A DNA stretch of 64,000 nucleotides from a candidate division WOR-3 bacterium (GTDB lineage: Bacteria > Hydrothermota > Hydrothermia > JBDRYB01). The position numbers and the translations under genes were made by a program. The stretch spans positions 1-64,000 of the forward strand of contig JBDRYB010000004.1 in NCBI GenBank assembly GCA_039803205.1, given 5' to 3'. Positions 18,431-28,569 of this stretch are shown piece after piece. A model generated the notes under the pieces. It had not been told where the DNA came from. It ran no database searches and worked only from the letters and a program-made list of their open reading frames with translations. How positions within the stretch are numbered: position 1 is the first letter of the stretch; every line of letters begins with the position of its first letter.

Positions 18431-18434
18431 AAGA

Positions 18435-19166
18435 GTGGAAAAATCAGTCAAGAAGAGGACAGGTGTTCTTTTCGCTTTGGGTATTTTGACAGCCGCGGCT
18501 TCTGTAATCACGAGCACCGGCACGGCCTTTTTTTCTCTATACATGCTTTTCCTGAGCCCCCAGGGATTCGTAAAACCCTTTGTAGAAAGCCTATTCGTAA
18601 GGATACACCCAGCTTTCACTCTTCTGATTTCGCTTATCCTCCTTGCCATCATGATCCTCTGGATATGGATATCGCTAGCCCTTTCGTGGTATCCTGGCAT
18701 CTCGTTTCTTGAGGACTTCTTCTCTCATAGCTCTGGAACCAGGAACCCCGTAAGCCTCATCGTTGGTTTCTCCATCCTGCTCTCCCCCTTCCTGGAGATG
18801 CTGGTGGCAAGTTTCATATCAGAGTTCAAACCTTTCTATCTGGAAAGGACATTCCTACTCATCCTGGGAACCGGAGTCATCGCTGTCCTCGGTGGCCTCG
18901 CGAAGAGGATCCCCCACACGCTATCGTATCTATCCTCCATGTTCTCTTTTCTGGGCAAAGGTCCTCTGGCCTGGGCTTCGGTGGGTCTCGGCTTGGTGGG
19001 TTTTTTGCTCCTCTATATACAATTGTGGCTATCCGGTTTGATGGGGGGTATCACGGTTCCGCTATTCTGGCACATCCTGTTTGCTTATGTTGGTATAGCA
19101 AGCTACCATAGGATAAGGCTTCTTTCCATACTGGAAGCACTTGATCGTCCAAACCAAAAGCCTTAA
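18435..19166 (+). CDS. Hypothetical multi-pass membrane protein
   Basis: About 6 hydrophobic segments, directly after leuS. Confidence 0.6.
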   Translation: MEKSVKKRTGVLFALGILTAAASVITSTGTAFFSLYMLFLSPQGFVKPFVESLFVRIHPAFTLLISLILLAIMILWIWISLALSWYPGISFLEDFFSHSSGTRNPVSLIVGFSILLSPFLEMLVASFISEFKPFYLERTFLLILGTGVIAVLGGLAKRIPHTLSYLSSMFSFLGKGPLAWASVGLGLVGFLLLYIQLWLSGLMGGITVPLFWHILFAYVGIASYHRIRLLSILEALDRPNQKP

Positions 19167-19190
19167 TAATCTCCGCGAAAAGGAGATGCT

Positions 19191-19658
19191 ATGCTTGCAG
19201 TTGTTCTTTTCGGACTCGGTGTTGTTCTTGACGGGAGCTACCAGGCCCGGCCAGCAATAGGGGCCTACATAGTGGACATCCCAGCCTTCACGGATGAGGT
19301 TCTGGTAAGGTGGCTCGGAGCAAGGGCGGGGGCATATTACTCGCTCCCGTGGTTCGGTCCAACAAGGGACACCCTGATAAACGGGGATAGCGCTATTGTC
19401 CTTGAGAAAAAGGCCTGGGGATTTGAGTTCTCTTTGGGATACAGGGGTTCATGGCTTTACCTCGGCCCCCTGATGGGATATGGCTACAGGTGGGATGCCG
19501 TGAATAGGTCGTTTCTAAATGACACATCGTTCTGGTTCTATGGCGGAGTTGCGACGATAAGGATAAAGAGATTTTACCTTGAGGGGGGTTATCACACTGG
19601 CCGGGGGCCCTTTGGCGGGCTTGGGATGAGGGTCTATTTCCCGGAGGATTACGAGTAG
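19191..19658 (+). CDS. Small outer-membrane beta-barrel-like protein
   Basis: AAGGAG SD; alternating aromatic/Gly strands ending GLGMRVYF. Confidence 0.55.
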   Translation: MLAVVLFGLGVVLDGSYQARPAIGAYIVDIPAFTDEVLVRWLGARAGAYYSLPWFGPTRDTLINGDSAIVLEKKAWGFEFSLGYRGSWLYLGPLMGYGYRWDAVNRSFLNDTSFWFYGGVATIRIKRFYLEGGYHTGRGPFGGLGMRVYFPEDYE

Positions 19659-19681
19659 CGCGAGGCCTTATAATCTCTGCC

Positions 19682-20410
19682 ATGATAAGCTTGCTCCTTG
19701 CCGCAACGCTTAAATGGGGACCCTACATGGTTTCCTGGAAGAAATACGAGTTCGGCGATATGCCGGATGAGACGCCGACCTTAACCATATCTAAGGGCGG
19801 AAAGGTTCTTCGCTCATTTGAGGTCTGGAATGCTGATGCCAAAACCCTTGATGTTGATGGCGACGGCACGGCAGAGCTCCTCGTGACCGATTATTCAGGT
19901 GGCGCGCACTGCTGTTTTACCTATTACCTATACACCAGGAAGCCAGACCTGAAACTTTTGGGGGTCTTTGACATGGAAAACGGGTCCTTGGAGTTCAGGG
20001 ACCTGGACGGCGACGGCAATCTTGAGGCAGTGGGCGCTTACGATGGATTTGCTTATTACGATTACCCCTACGCGGTGACCCCGTGGATTCCCATTGTCTT
20101 CAGCCTCAAGTCCGGCAGGTATGTGGAGAACACCGAGGCCTTCCGCGATCTCATACGGGAAAGACTGGACGAATACTACCTGGCCAGCCCTCCCGAAGGC
20201 GACGAGGAATCAAGAAAATCGTGGGTAGTTGGGGTCTACGCGCACATGTGCCTCCTGGGCGAAGAAACCTCTGCCTGGGAGACCGTAAGGAGAACCTGCC
20301 CGGATATGCTTGACTGGCTATCGGAAAACAAGTCCGACATAAAGGCGACACTCGCGGCCATGAAGGACAGGGTCAGATACACCGAGGAGGCCTCCTGGGA
20401 AGAGGAGTAG
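19682..20410 (+). CDS. Exported FG-GAP/VCBS-like protein
   Basis: DVDGDG and DLDGDG Ca-binding loops, SGGAHCC motif. Confidence 0.7.
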   Translation: MISLLLAATLKWGPYMVSWKKYEFGDMPDETPTLTISKGGKVLRSFEVWNADAKTLDVDGDGTAELLVTDYSGGAHCCFTYYLYTRKPDLKLLGVFDMENGSLEFRDLDGDGNLEAVGAYDGFAYYDYPYAVTPWIPIVFSLKSGRYVENTEAFRDLIRERLDEYYLASPPEGDEESRKSWVVGVYAHMCLLGEETSAWETVRRTCPDMLDWLSENKSDIKATLAAMKDRVRYTEEASWEEE

Positions 20411-20455
20411 GACCTTTGCCCAGCCGCGAGGGCTTGGGTTATAATAATCGCTCTG

Positions 20456-21700
20456 ATGCCAGAATTAATAATTCCAGGTGAAGAAGGCGCAACCGCGAGT
20501 CGCGAGCTCATCATAACAAAGGAGGAGCTCTCCGCGGCCGAGGAGAGGATCATCAAGATCCTTTCCAAGAAGGTCAAGGTTCCAGGCTTCAGGCCAGGGA
20601 ATGTGCCTCCGAGCGTGGTCAAGGCAAAATTTGGGGATATGGTCCAGAAAGAAGCGCTTGAGGACGCGATAAACGAGAAGGTTAGAAAGGAACTCGGAGG
20701 AGTAAGGCCCATAGGCGGCGTGAGGGTCACAGAGATAGCTAGGCAGGAGGATGGTTCCCTCCGGGTGAGGATAGAATTTGAATCCATGCCGGAGATCAGG
20801 TTGCCCGATCTCTCACGGATAACGGTTGAGAAGAGGGTTATCACCATTTCTGATGTTGATGTCCTTGAGCAACTTGAGGCAATACAGAAATCCCTCGCGA
20901 CAATAGCGCCGGTTGAGGGGAGGGGAATAAGGGAAGGGGACACGATAATCGCTGAGATGACGGAGTTTGATCCCAGAGGAGAGGTCACATTCACGGGAAA
21001 GGTCTCAATAAGATACGCTAGGGATGAACTGGACCCATATCTCTACGATGCACTTGCTGAAAAGAGACCTGGGGATGAGTGCGAGATAAGCGTTGTCGCG
21101 GAAAACGAGAGGGGCGAGAACGAGGAAAGAAAACAGCATTACAAAGTGCTCTCGGTCAAGGAGGAGATCCTGCCCCCCCTGGATGACGAGTTTGCGAAGG
21201 CTCAGGGCTACGAAAGCCTTGAGGCCATGAAGGAAGCCATAAGAAAGAGGCTTGAGGAGCACATTGAACGGGAGCTTGAGAGCGAGTTTGAATGGAAGGT
21301 GATAAGGGCAATATACGATGCCGCGCCCTTTGAGCTTCCGCGCTCCTTGGTCCAAAAGCGCTATGAGTCAATAAAGGACGATGTGAAGATAGAGGCCCCG
21401 GACGGCTCCCCTGTCCCCGAGGATGTCCAGAAGGAGCAATTAATGAAATTGTCGGAGGATCTGGTTAAGCGAGACCTCATTCTCTCCAAGACAATAGAGG
21501 ATTATTCAATAGAGGCCACCCAAGAGGAGATTGATAGGGAGATAGCCGAGATGGCCGCGGAGCGCAAGATGAGCCCGGATGAATTCAGAAAAAAGGCCGC
21601 GAAATCAGGTGACCTCGAGAGGATAGCTTACATAGCCAGGTTGAAGAAGGCCATGGCGTTCCTCAAGGAAGCGGTGCACACGGAAATAGTCTTCCTGTAA
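20456..21700 (+). CDS. tig: Trigger factor
   Basis: KVPGFRPGNVP ribosome-binding loop, LPPLDDEFAK, FELPRSLV. Confidence 0.92.
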   Translation: MPELIIPGEEGATASRELIITKEELSAAEERIIKILSKKVKVPGFRPGNVPPSVVKAKFGDMVQKEALEDAINEKVRKELGGVRPIGGVRVTEIARQEDGSLRVRIEFESMPEIRLPDLSRITVEKRVITISDVDVLEQLEAIQKSLATIAPVEGRGIREGDTIIAEMTEFDPRGEVTFTGKVSIRYARDELDPYLYDALAEKRPGDECEISVVAENERGENEERKQHYKVLSVKEEILPPLDDEFAKAQGYESLEAMKEAIRKRLEEHIERELESEFEWKVIRAIYDAAPFELPRSLVQKRYESIKDDVKIEAPDGSPVPEDVQKEQLMKLSEDLVKRDLILSKTIEDYSIEATQEEIDREIAEMAAERKMSPDEFRKKAAKSGDLERIAYIARLKKAMAFLKEAVHTEIVFL

Positions 21701-21788
21701 ATCAATTTGTTGAAAACCGGGCATTTCTAATAGCTCTTGATCCTCCTCAACGAAACCATTATCATTTACACCTGAAGGAGGCTTAGAG

Positions 21789-24700
21789 ATGTTAATGTAT
21801 TTGCTTGTGGGAGCCGTCTTCAGCACGAGGCTCTCTTTTGAGCCAAGGGACATCTCCGTGTCCAACGAGGGCTATGGCGAGAGGTTCAGGCTTGAGGGTT
21901 GCTCATTTGATCTCATCCCGGGCATGCCTCTCATGCCTTTGAAACCAGTTATTGTAGCGTTGCCTTCCGGCGCGAAGAACCTGAGGCTGAGCTTCTCAGC
22001 AGGAGGAAGGGTCAGGGTGGCGGAGAATGTAAATTTGGAGCGTTTCCAAATATCAAGGGGGATAAACAAGGAGCTTGGGACCCCTGAGGCGCCGGAGCCG
22101 GCCATAACATCCAATTACCCAGCTCAGAGGGCCCGGCTTGCCAGGTTCGGATACATGAGGGGCCAGGCCCTCGCCGTTATCCAGGTCTTTCCCCTTGAGC
22201 TGACTCCCCAGGGCGAGCTTTACCTCTACAGATACATTGAGCTAACCCTTGAATACGATATGGGCGGGGATCATCCCTCAGGCCCTGGACTTGACCCCTA
22301 TTTCTACAATGTGCTTAAAGCCACTGTGGTGAACCCCGAGGCCCTTATGTCCCCGAGCTGGAACTCCACCAATCTTGACTACGCGATAATAACCCGAGAC
22401 AGGTTCCTTCCGGTCTTGGATTCTTTCGTCCTTCACAGAAAGCTCTCCGGCTACAGGGTTGAGGTCTTCACGCTTGATTGGTTCTCTTCCAATTTTCAGG
22501 GCAAGGATCTGCCCGAAAAGCTGAGGGCGGGGATAAAATGGCTCTGGGAGAACAGGGGGGTGAGGTTCGTTCTCTTGGTTGGCGCTCACGAGGACATACC
22601 CCCGAAGATGTGTTGGGTTCCTTGCTATGACCCTTATTACGGGGATAGCGTTGATACGGATTATTACTACGCGTGTCTGGATGGTGATTGGAACAAGAAC
22701 GGGGATTGGTTTTATGGGACCGTATGGGACAGCGTTGACCTATTCCCGGAGGTCTTCGTGGGCAGGCTTGCTGTTAGGGATACAGGGGAGCTCAGAGCCT
22801 TTCTCGCCAAGTGTTTTTCATATGACCTGAACCCCTCTCCTAACGCTGGTAGATACATGATCCATGTTGCTGACATATGGGAAACTGACGACAGCAAAAG
22901 GTATGCGAATGCCCTGAGGCAATACATACCGGATTCGGTTGAGGCTTACGAGATAAGCTTCGTGGAGGCAGAGAACCCGACCCAGACGACCCAGGAGTTC
23001 ATGGACTCAATTGAGATAGTTGGTCCGGGTTTTCTCATCTCAATGTGCCACGGCAACATGAATGGTGTGCAGGTGAACAGGAGAACGAACCAACGCCTGC
23101 GTCCATACCACATAAGGAACCTCACCAATTCCCCATTTTTCCTCATATGCATAGGATGTTATTACAACAACATCCATACCAGGTCCATAGGTAAGGATTT
23201 CATGCTCCAGCCAGGTGGGGGGGCTTTGGGGGTTCTCGGTTCGGTAAAAGAGGATTACCCTGAGATCTCCTGGTTTTCTCTCTTCTCGGAGATAGTGAGC
23301 AACTTCTACGGGGGGAACATGGAGACCGAGGGGCAGATAGACGCCCTGAGCAGGATGGTCTTGGCGGGTTCAGCGCAGGGCAATTCCGCAATCCTCAGAA
23401 CACTACTCGCTTATAGGCTTCACGGAGACCCGGGCGGGGTCCTGATAAACTGGCGAGTAGATTCCCTCTCGGTAACGCCTGATCCCTTGATCACGGATAC
23501 ATTCAGGGTCTATGTGAGCACGAGAGGTTCTCCCTGCCCCGGCGCCAGGGTCGTTCTCTACAGGGACTCCGTTGTCTGGCTCATGGAGGAGACCGGGCCA
23601 GATGGATATGCCAGGTTCAGGGACTTCCCTGTGAGGGTTGGAGACTACACGGTTTCCGTGTCCAAGAGGAACTACATACCGTGGCGTGGAACGGTTCCCG
23701 CACCAAACACCGGGGTTCAGGTCTCACTTTCGGAGATATGGGTTGATGATGACGACCATGACGGGATCGCTCATCCGGCCGAAACCCTTCGCATCCGCGC
23801 TAAAATAAGGAACTTTGGTTCAGCGGCCGGCAACAATGTCGCAATAAAGGCTGTGGGCATGGATCCTGACATATTCTTCATCAAGGACAGCGTCTACATA
23901 GGTATTCTCGGGCCTGGCGCTGAGAGGATGTGCACCCTTAGGGTCCGTGTTGCCGCCCGCCCGCGCCAGACATACGAACACGCGCTATACAGCATAAATA
24001 TATACAGAGGGGGTTCCTTGGGGGAGAGGGATTCCCTCTACTTGCCGGTAAAATCCGGAAGGCCGAAGATCACCGGGGTCAGAAGCTCCTTTTCTGGGGA
24101 TACGGTAAGGTTCAGCGTTGAGATAGTCAACGAGGGGCTTTACGATCTCAGAAACCTCAAGATGATGGTCTCATCCGCGGACGGCTCAAGCGTGCTCTTT
24201 GACAGCACATATACCATATCCCTTATCCCCCCCGGCAAGAACAGCTCTCACGCCCACACCTTTGGGGCTAGGCTCGTTTTTCCCATTAGCGAACCGAGAT
24301 TCAGCCTGCGCTTGGACGACAACGCCGGACCGTGGGATACATTCAACCTCCGTCTGAGGCCAGGTCCCACGATACCATCAGGGTTTGCATCCCCTACGCC
24401 GAACGGCGTATCCGTGTATTGGGGAAGGGCTCATAGGGCCTTTGGATACAAGGTATTCAGGGGAGCGGATATAGCCTATCCCGGCGTGATAAGCGCAACC
24501 ACCTTTTCGGATGAACCCTTGAATTATACTCAGATCTACACATACTCGGTTGTCGCGGTTGATTCCTTCCTGAACGAAGGAGAGGCGATAGGCCCCTTCG
24601 CCCAGAGGCCCAACCCGCCACACGGCCCTCATCCGCCCGTTAACGCGACTATGGCCTTTCGTCTTCCTCCTGTAATATGCAATATGGACCCATCATACCC

Positions 24701-26237
24701 TGGCTTGGAGGCTGTCTTCAACTCAAACTTCTACATGCCCCCATACGGCGATCCGGCTGTGCTTCACATCGTTCATGCTGACGGCACCCAACCTCCAGGC
24801 TTCCCCCTTGAAATGCGCGTGCTCAACGGCCAGGTTCTCCAGGCTATTGGGGATATAGATGGGGATAGCTTGCTTGAGTATGTTACCGGAGACATATGGA
24901 ACGATACCCTTTTCGCGTTCAATGCCGATGGGAGCCTGGTTCCTGGGTGGCCGGTTTACATGGGCGGTGACATTATCCATGTCCCTACTCCCGTTTTCAT
25001 GCAAGACTTTGATGCTGATGGGCTTCCAGAGATAGGTCTCTGGGGAACTGTTGGAACCCTATGGATATTGGACGGCAACGGGACAGTCATTTTGCAGAAA
25101 GCCCTTGGAGGGCCCTGGCAGCGCAACCTCCCGGCAACCGCTGACATAGATGACGACAAGGTGCCTGAGATAGCGGTCATGACCGGAGACTCAAGGCTTT
25201 ACCTTCTCAGGCCGGACGGGACGGTGCTCCCAGGCTTCCCCGTGACCGTGGACAGCTTGTCCTCCGATCTTGGAGGCGTAGCCATAGGCGAGCTGGTAAA
25301 GACATCCCCAGGCCTTGAGATAGTAACACTCACTTCAAAAGGAACCCTTACGGTCGTCTTGGCAACAGGAGCCATATATTCCCAAATAAACCCTTACTAC
25401 AGCGGCGCGGATTGCGTTCAACAGGGTCCGATATTAGCGGATTTCACGGGCGACGGAAACCTTGAGATAGCCTATGTGGGTTCAAAGTCAGCCGGCTACT
25501 CCGACACGACGGCCAGGGACTCGTGCTGGATAGTATCCCCTGAGGGAGAGCTCCTTTCGCCCCCGCTTCTGAAGACCAGGGGGAGGGGGGATGGGGGGAG
25601 CTACGCGACAGCAGGAGATATAGATGGGGATGGAGCGGCAGAACTCATAGTGCCTACCAGATACGGGACCATATTCGCTTTCAACTCGGATGGCACAATG
25701 GTGCTCGGATTCCCCATAGTAATACAGCATGATGGCTCGGCTGGCATTGAGATCCTGCCCGCGCTTTACGGGGGGGTTGCCATAGCGGATCAGAACCTAG
25801 ACGGTTTTGCTGACCTGCACGCGGTGACCTTCCAGGGGGTCTACCACGCTTGGGAGACATTCGTCCCTTACAGCAAGAAGGGATGGCTTTCCTGGGGACA
25901 CGACCGGTGGAACACCCGTGCCTACGCGTTCTGGCCCTCAGATGGCCCTGGGGTTGAGGAGGTCTCCGGGTCCGACCTCAGCTTTTTCCTGGCCCCCCCA
26001 ATTCCAAACCCCTCCCGTGGCAAGGTGAGCCTCCAGTTCGGGATACCAACGCCAGCGGAGGTTACCCTTGCTCTTTATGATGTGGCGGGTAGGAGAACGG
26101 ACATGCTCTTCTCGGGCAAACTAGAGCCAGGAGTTTATCGGATTGATAAAGAGATAACCAGGCCATCGGGCGTCTACTTCCTTAGACTGACCGCCGGAAG
26201 CCGGACCGCTGTGAGGAAAACGGTAATAGCCAGATAG
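21789..26237 (+). CDS. Gingipain-like C25 cysteine peptidase with propeptide, FG-GAP repeats and T9SS-type CTD
   Basis: FVLLVG, DYYYACLDG, VFVGR, CHG and GC catalytic residues, LHGDP; DIDGD repeats; PNP...YDVAGR...SGVYF...RK CTD. Confidence 0.9.
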   Translation: MLMYLLVGAVFSTRLSFEPRDISVSNEGYGERFRLEGCSFDLIPGMPLMPLKPVIVALPSGAKNLRLSFSAGGRVRVAENVNLERFQISRGINKELGTPEAPEPAITSNYPAQRARLARFGYMRGQALAVIQVFPLELTPQGELYLYRYIELTLEYDMGGDHPSGPGLDPYFYNVLKATVVNPEALMSPSWNSTNLDYAIITRDRFLPVLDSFVLHRKLSGYRVEVFTLDWFSSNFQGKDLPEKLRAGIKWLWENRGVRFVLLVGAHEDIPPKMCWVPCYDPYYGDSVDTDYYYACLDGDWNKNGDWFYGTVWDSVDLFPEVFVGRLAVRDTGELRAFLAKCFSYDLNPSPNAGRYMIHVADIWETDDSKRYANALRQYIPDSVEAYEISFVEAENPTQTTQEFMDSIEIVGPGFLISMCHGNMNGVQVNRRTNQRLRPYHIRNLTNSPFFLICIGCYYNNIHTRSIGKDFMLQPGGGALGVLGSVKEDYPEISWFSLFSEIVSNFYGGNMETEGQIDALSRMVLAGSAQGNSAILRTLLAYRLHGDPGGVLINWRVDSLSVTPDPLITDTFRVYVSTRGSPCPGARVVLYRDSVVWLMEETGPDGYARFRDFPVRVGDYTVSVSKRNYIPWRGTVPAPNTGVQVSLSEIWVDDDDHDGIAHPAETLRIRAKIRNFGSAAGNNVAIKAVGMDPDIFFIKDSVYIGILGPGAERMCTLRVRVAARPRQTYEHALYSINIYRGGSLGERDSLYLPVKSGRPKITGVRSSFSGDTVRFSVEIVNEGLYDLRNLKMMVSSADGSSVLFDSTYTISLIPPGKNSSHAHTFGARLVFPISEPRFSLRLDDNAGPWDTFNLRLRPGPTIPSGFASPTPNGVSVYWGRAHRAFGYKVFRGADIAYPGVISATTFSDEPLNYTQIYTYSVVAVDSFLNEGEAIGPFAQRPNPPHGPHPPVNATMAFRLPPVICNMDPSYPGLEAVFNSNFYMPPYGDPAVLHIVHADGTQPPGFPLEMRVLNGQVLQAIGDIDGDSLLEYVTGDIWNDTLFAFNADGSLVPGWPVYMGGDIIHVPTPVFMQDFDADGLPEIGLWGTVGTLWILDGNGTVILQKALGGPWQRNLPATADIDDDKVPEIAVMTGDSRLYLLRPDGTVLPGFPVTVDSLSSDLGGVAIGELVKTSPGLEIVTLTSKGTLTVVLATGAIYSQINPYYSGADCVQQGPILADFTGDGNLEIAYVGSKSAGYSDTTARDSCWIVSPEGELLSPPLLKTRGRGDGGSYATAGDIDGDGAAELIVPTRYGTIFAFNSDGTMVLGFPIVIQHDGSAGIEILPALYGGVAIADQNLDGFADLHAVTFQGVYHAWETFVPYSKKGWLSWGHDRWNTRAYAFWPSDGPGVEEVSGSDLSFFLAPPIPNPSRGKVSLQFGIPTPAEVTLALYDVAGRRTDMLFSGKLEPGVYRIDKEITRPSGVYFLRLTAGSRTAVRKTVIAR

Positions 26238-26246
26238 GAGGAAAAG

Positions 26247-27941
26247 ATAGGCCCGGAGATCTTCATCGGGGCCAGCCTCTTCCTGATCAACGGGAAGGAA
26301 CCTGAACCAATAGCGTGGTTTCTCCTGCCGGGCGAGACCCTGAGGGTTGACCTCGCGGATCCTCGTGACACCACAGATGTAAAATGGAGGTGCACGGGGG
26401 GCAAGTTCAGAAGAAAGGGCAAGGGCTCCGCTACTTGGGAGGCACCCGAGGAACCAGGCCCATATTGGATAAGCTCAGGCGCTTTTCCGGATTCGGTTTT
26501 GGTCTTCTCCATGATACCATACGACTCACTGAAAAAGGGAAAGATCAGAGGATACCCAATTGGGGATTACCCCGACCCAAAAAAAGGCGCCTCAACCATG
26601 ATTGAGGGGAATGCCCTGCAGTATTCCCATCCCCCTGGATTCATCATGGTTCCAGAGAGCCTGAGAGACCTTGCAATATCCCCTCGCTTCAGGCTGGGGG
26701 ATTTCGTGTGCCCTCAGCCGGATACATGGCCGAGATACATGTATTTAGAAAGGGAGCAGGTGGTATTTCTTGAGGAGCTCGCTGACACCTTGGGGGTTCC
26801 GGGGTTTCTGGTGGTCTCCGGTTATCGCTCGCCCTGGTATAACAGGAAGAGAGGGAGAGGCAAGTGGTCAAGGCACCAGTATGGAGACGCGACTGACATA
26901 ATCGTTGACCTTGACGGGGATTGGTTCATGGATGACCTAAACAGAGATGGAAAGGTTGATGTCCTGGACGCTTTTGTGATAACCGATGCCGTTGAACGAA
27001 TGAAAAAGAGATGGGGAAACATCTTTGGCATGGGCATATACAACTGGGGCAAAAACAGGACGCCTTTCGTTCACATAGACACGAGGGGATTTGATTCCTG
27101 GTGGAATCCCGAGAACTGGTCAGCGAGACTGATGCCGGATGATGAGGACAGGCTGATGATCGTGGACACGGGGCCCCCGGCATTCGCTGGCCTGGCCATG
27201 AGAACCATCGGTTTCCTGACATCCCTGCCGCCTGAAACCCTCGGGACAGATACCATTCCAGACCCAAAACCCCCTCCTGTAAGCAAGGGCCAGAGGGTCT
27301 TGGTTTCCCCATCAGGGAACGCTGTTTTCGTGTATCCGGGGCCGGACGCTACTGGCTGGAAGCTAGCCATGTATGACGAGACCGGGGCCAAGCTTTGGGA
27401 ATACGGTTCCTTGCTCTGGGCGAGCTCATCCTCTGATAGGAAACCTCCATCAGCGCTCGCTTTTTCTCCGGATGGGCTTTATCTCGCGCTTTTTCACGGG
27501 AGATCCCTTTATGTTTTCAGCAGGGACGAGGGCCTCATTTGGCAGAAAGTGATAATGAGGCCCATAGGCACTGACAGCGCCTCGCTCGCTTTCTCGGAGA
27601 AGGGCGATCTTCTCTACATGAGCGTGGGCGGGAGGGCTTACTGCTTTGATGTTAGGAATTACTCATTGGTTTGGGTGAGGAGCGGGGACTACAAGGAAAT
27701 AAGGCTAACTGACAGGGGTGACCTGGCATGCCTCAATCGGGCGGGGACCCTGGACCTCCTTGACCCAATTTCCGGAAGGAAGCGGGGGGAGTTCAATTGG
27801 TATGGCCTGGGTTACAGGGGCCACCATTGCACGGAAATAGAGCCCCTTTCCGAGGGGAGGGTTGCCCTTCAGTTCACCCCAATTGATCCAGCGAACGCCC
27901 TCGGGCCCTTCTATCTTCTTCTTGAGCCAGCCGCAAAATGA
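26247..27941 (+). CDS. Peptidase M15 (D-Ala-D-Ala Zn peptidase) fused to beta-propeller; probable ATA start
   Basis: SGYRSP, SRHQYGDATD, FVHIDTRG; frame open back to ATA 26247 behind AGGAGG. Confidence 0.8.
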   Translation: MGPEIFIGASLFLINGKEPEPIAWFLLPGETLRVDLADPRDTTDVKWRCTGGKFRRKGKGSATWEAPEEPGPYWISSGAFPDSVLVFSMIPYDSLKKGKIRGYPIGDYPDPKKGASTMIEGNALQYSHPPGFIMVPESLRDLAISPRFRLGDFVCPQPDTWPRYMYLEREQVVFLEELADTLGVPGFLVVSGYRSPWYNRKRGRGKWSRHQYGDATDIIVDLDGDWFMDDLNRDGKVDVLDAFVITDAVERMKKRWGNIFGMGIYNWGKNRTPFVHIDTRGFDSWWNPENWSARLMPDDEDRLMIVDTGPPAFAGLAMRTIGFLTSLPPETLGTDTIPDPKPPPVSKGQRVLVSPSGNAVFVYPGPDATGWKLAMYDETGAKLWEYGSLLWASSSSDRKPPSALAFSPDGLYLALFHGRSLYVFSRDEGLIWQKVIMRPIGTDSASLAFSEKGDLLYMSVGGRAYCFDVRNYSLVWVRSGDYKEIRLTDRGDLACLNRAGTLDLLDPISGRKRGEFNWYGLGYRGHHCTEIEPLSEGRVALQFTPIDPANALGPFYLLLEPAAK

Positions 27942-28567
27942 TCCAGAGGCTCATCGCCATCCAGCAAGAGCTTTCCTCCAAAGTGAGGATAGTTCCCCTT
28001 GGGGCCGAGCCTCGGCTTGTGGCTGGCGTTGATGCCTGGTGCCATCAAAGAACCATAAGGGCTGGGGTCGCTGTCTTCTCCCTGCCCGGTAAAATGCTGG
28101 TTTACGCCGAGGCCGCTGAGCGGGACGAGGAATTCCCATATGTGCCCTGTTTCCTTTCCTTCAGGGAGCTCTCTGCCATGACCGAGGCAATAAGAAGGCT
28201 ACCGGAGCCTCCGGATCTCATTCTCGTTGATGGCCAAGGAATAGCCCATCCCCGTGGTCTTGGAATAGCGAGCCATCTGGGGGTTGAGCTCGGGATACCC
28301 ACAATAGGTTGCGCTAAGAGCAGGCTGGTCGGAGAATACGAGGAGCCAGGCCCTGAGAGGGGTTCTTGGAGGCCCCTCGTCTATCAGGGAAGGACGGTTG
28401 GCGCTGTTCTGAGAACAAGGGCAAATGTAAGGCCCTTGTTCGTTTCTCCTGGACACCTGGTTTGCCTTGACGATGCGATAAGATTCGTGCTTGAATTCTG
28501 TAATGGATACCGGTTGCCAGAACCTCTGAGGGAAGCGGATAGGGTTTCCAGAGCCACGGGGTTTTAA
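27938..28567 (+). CDS. nfi: Endonuclease V
   Basis: VAGVD, FPYVPxFLSFRE, DGQGIAHPR, GCAKS, SPGH, RLPEP. Confidence 0.96.
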   Translation: MIQRLIAIQQELSSKVRIVPLGAEPRLVAGVDAWCHQRTIRAGVAVFSLPGKMLVYAEAAERDEEFPYVPCFLSFRELSAMTEAIRRLPEPPDLILVDGQGIAHPRGLGIASHLGVELGIPTIGCAKSRLVGEYEEPGPERGSWRPLVYQGRTVGAVLRTRANVRPLFVSPGHLVCLDDAIRFVLEFCNGYRLPEPLREADRVSRATGF

Positions 28568-28569
28568 TA

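Noticed and set aside
20236..20994. 252-aa minus-strand ORF
   Set aside because: Antisense to trigger factor; Ser-rich shadow.
20456..21788. tig not followed by clpP-clpX
   Set aside because: Gene-order breakage is common and appears general in this window.
26235..26237. TAG readthrough fusing the C25 peptidase to the in-frame M15 peptidase
   Set aside because: The C25 protein ends in a complete terminal CTD, many other genes here stop at TAG, and SD plus ATA explains the open frame more simply.
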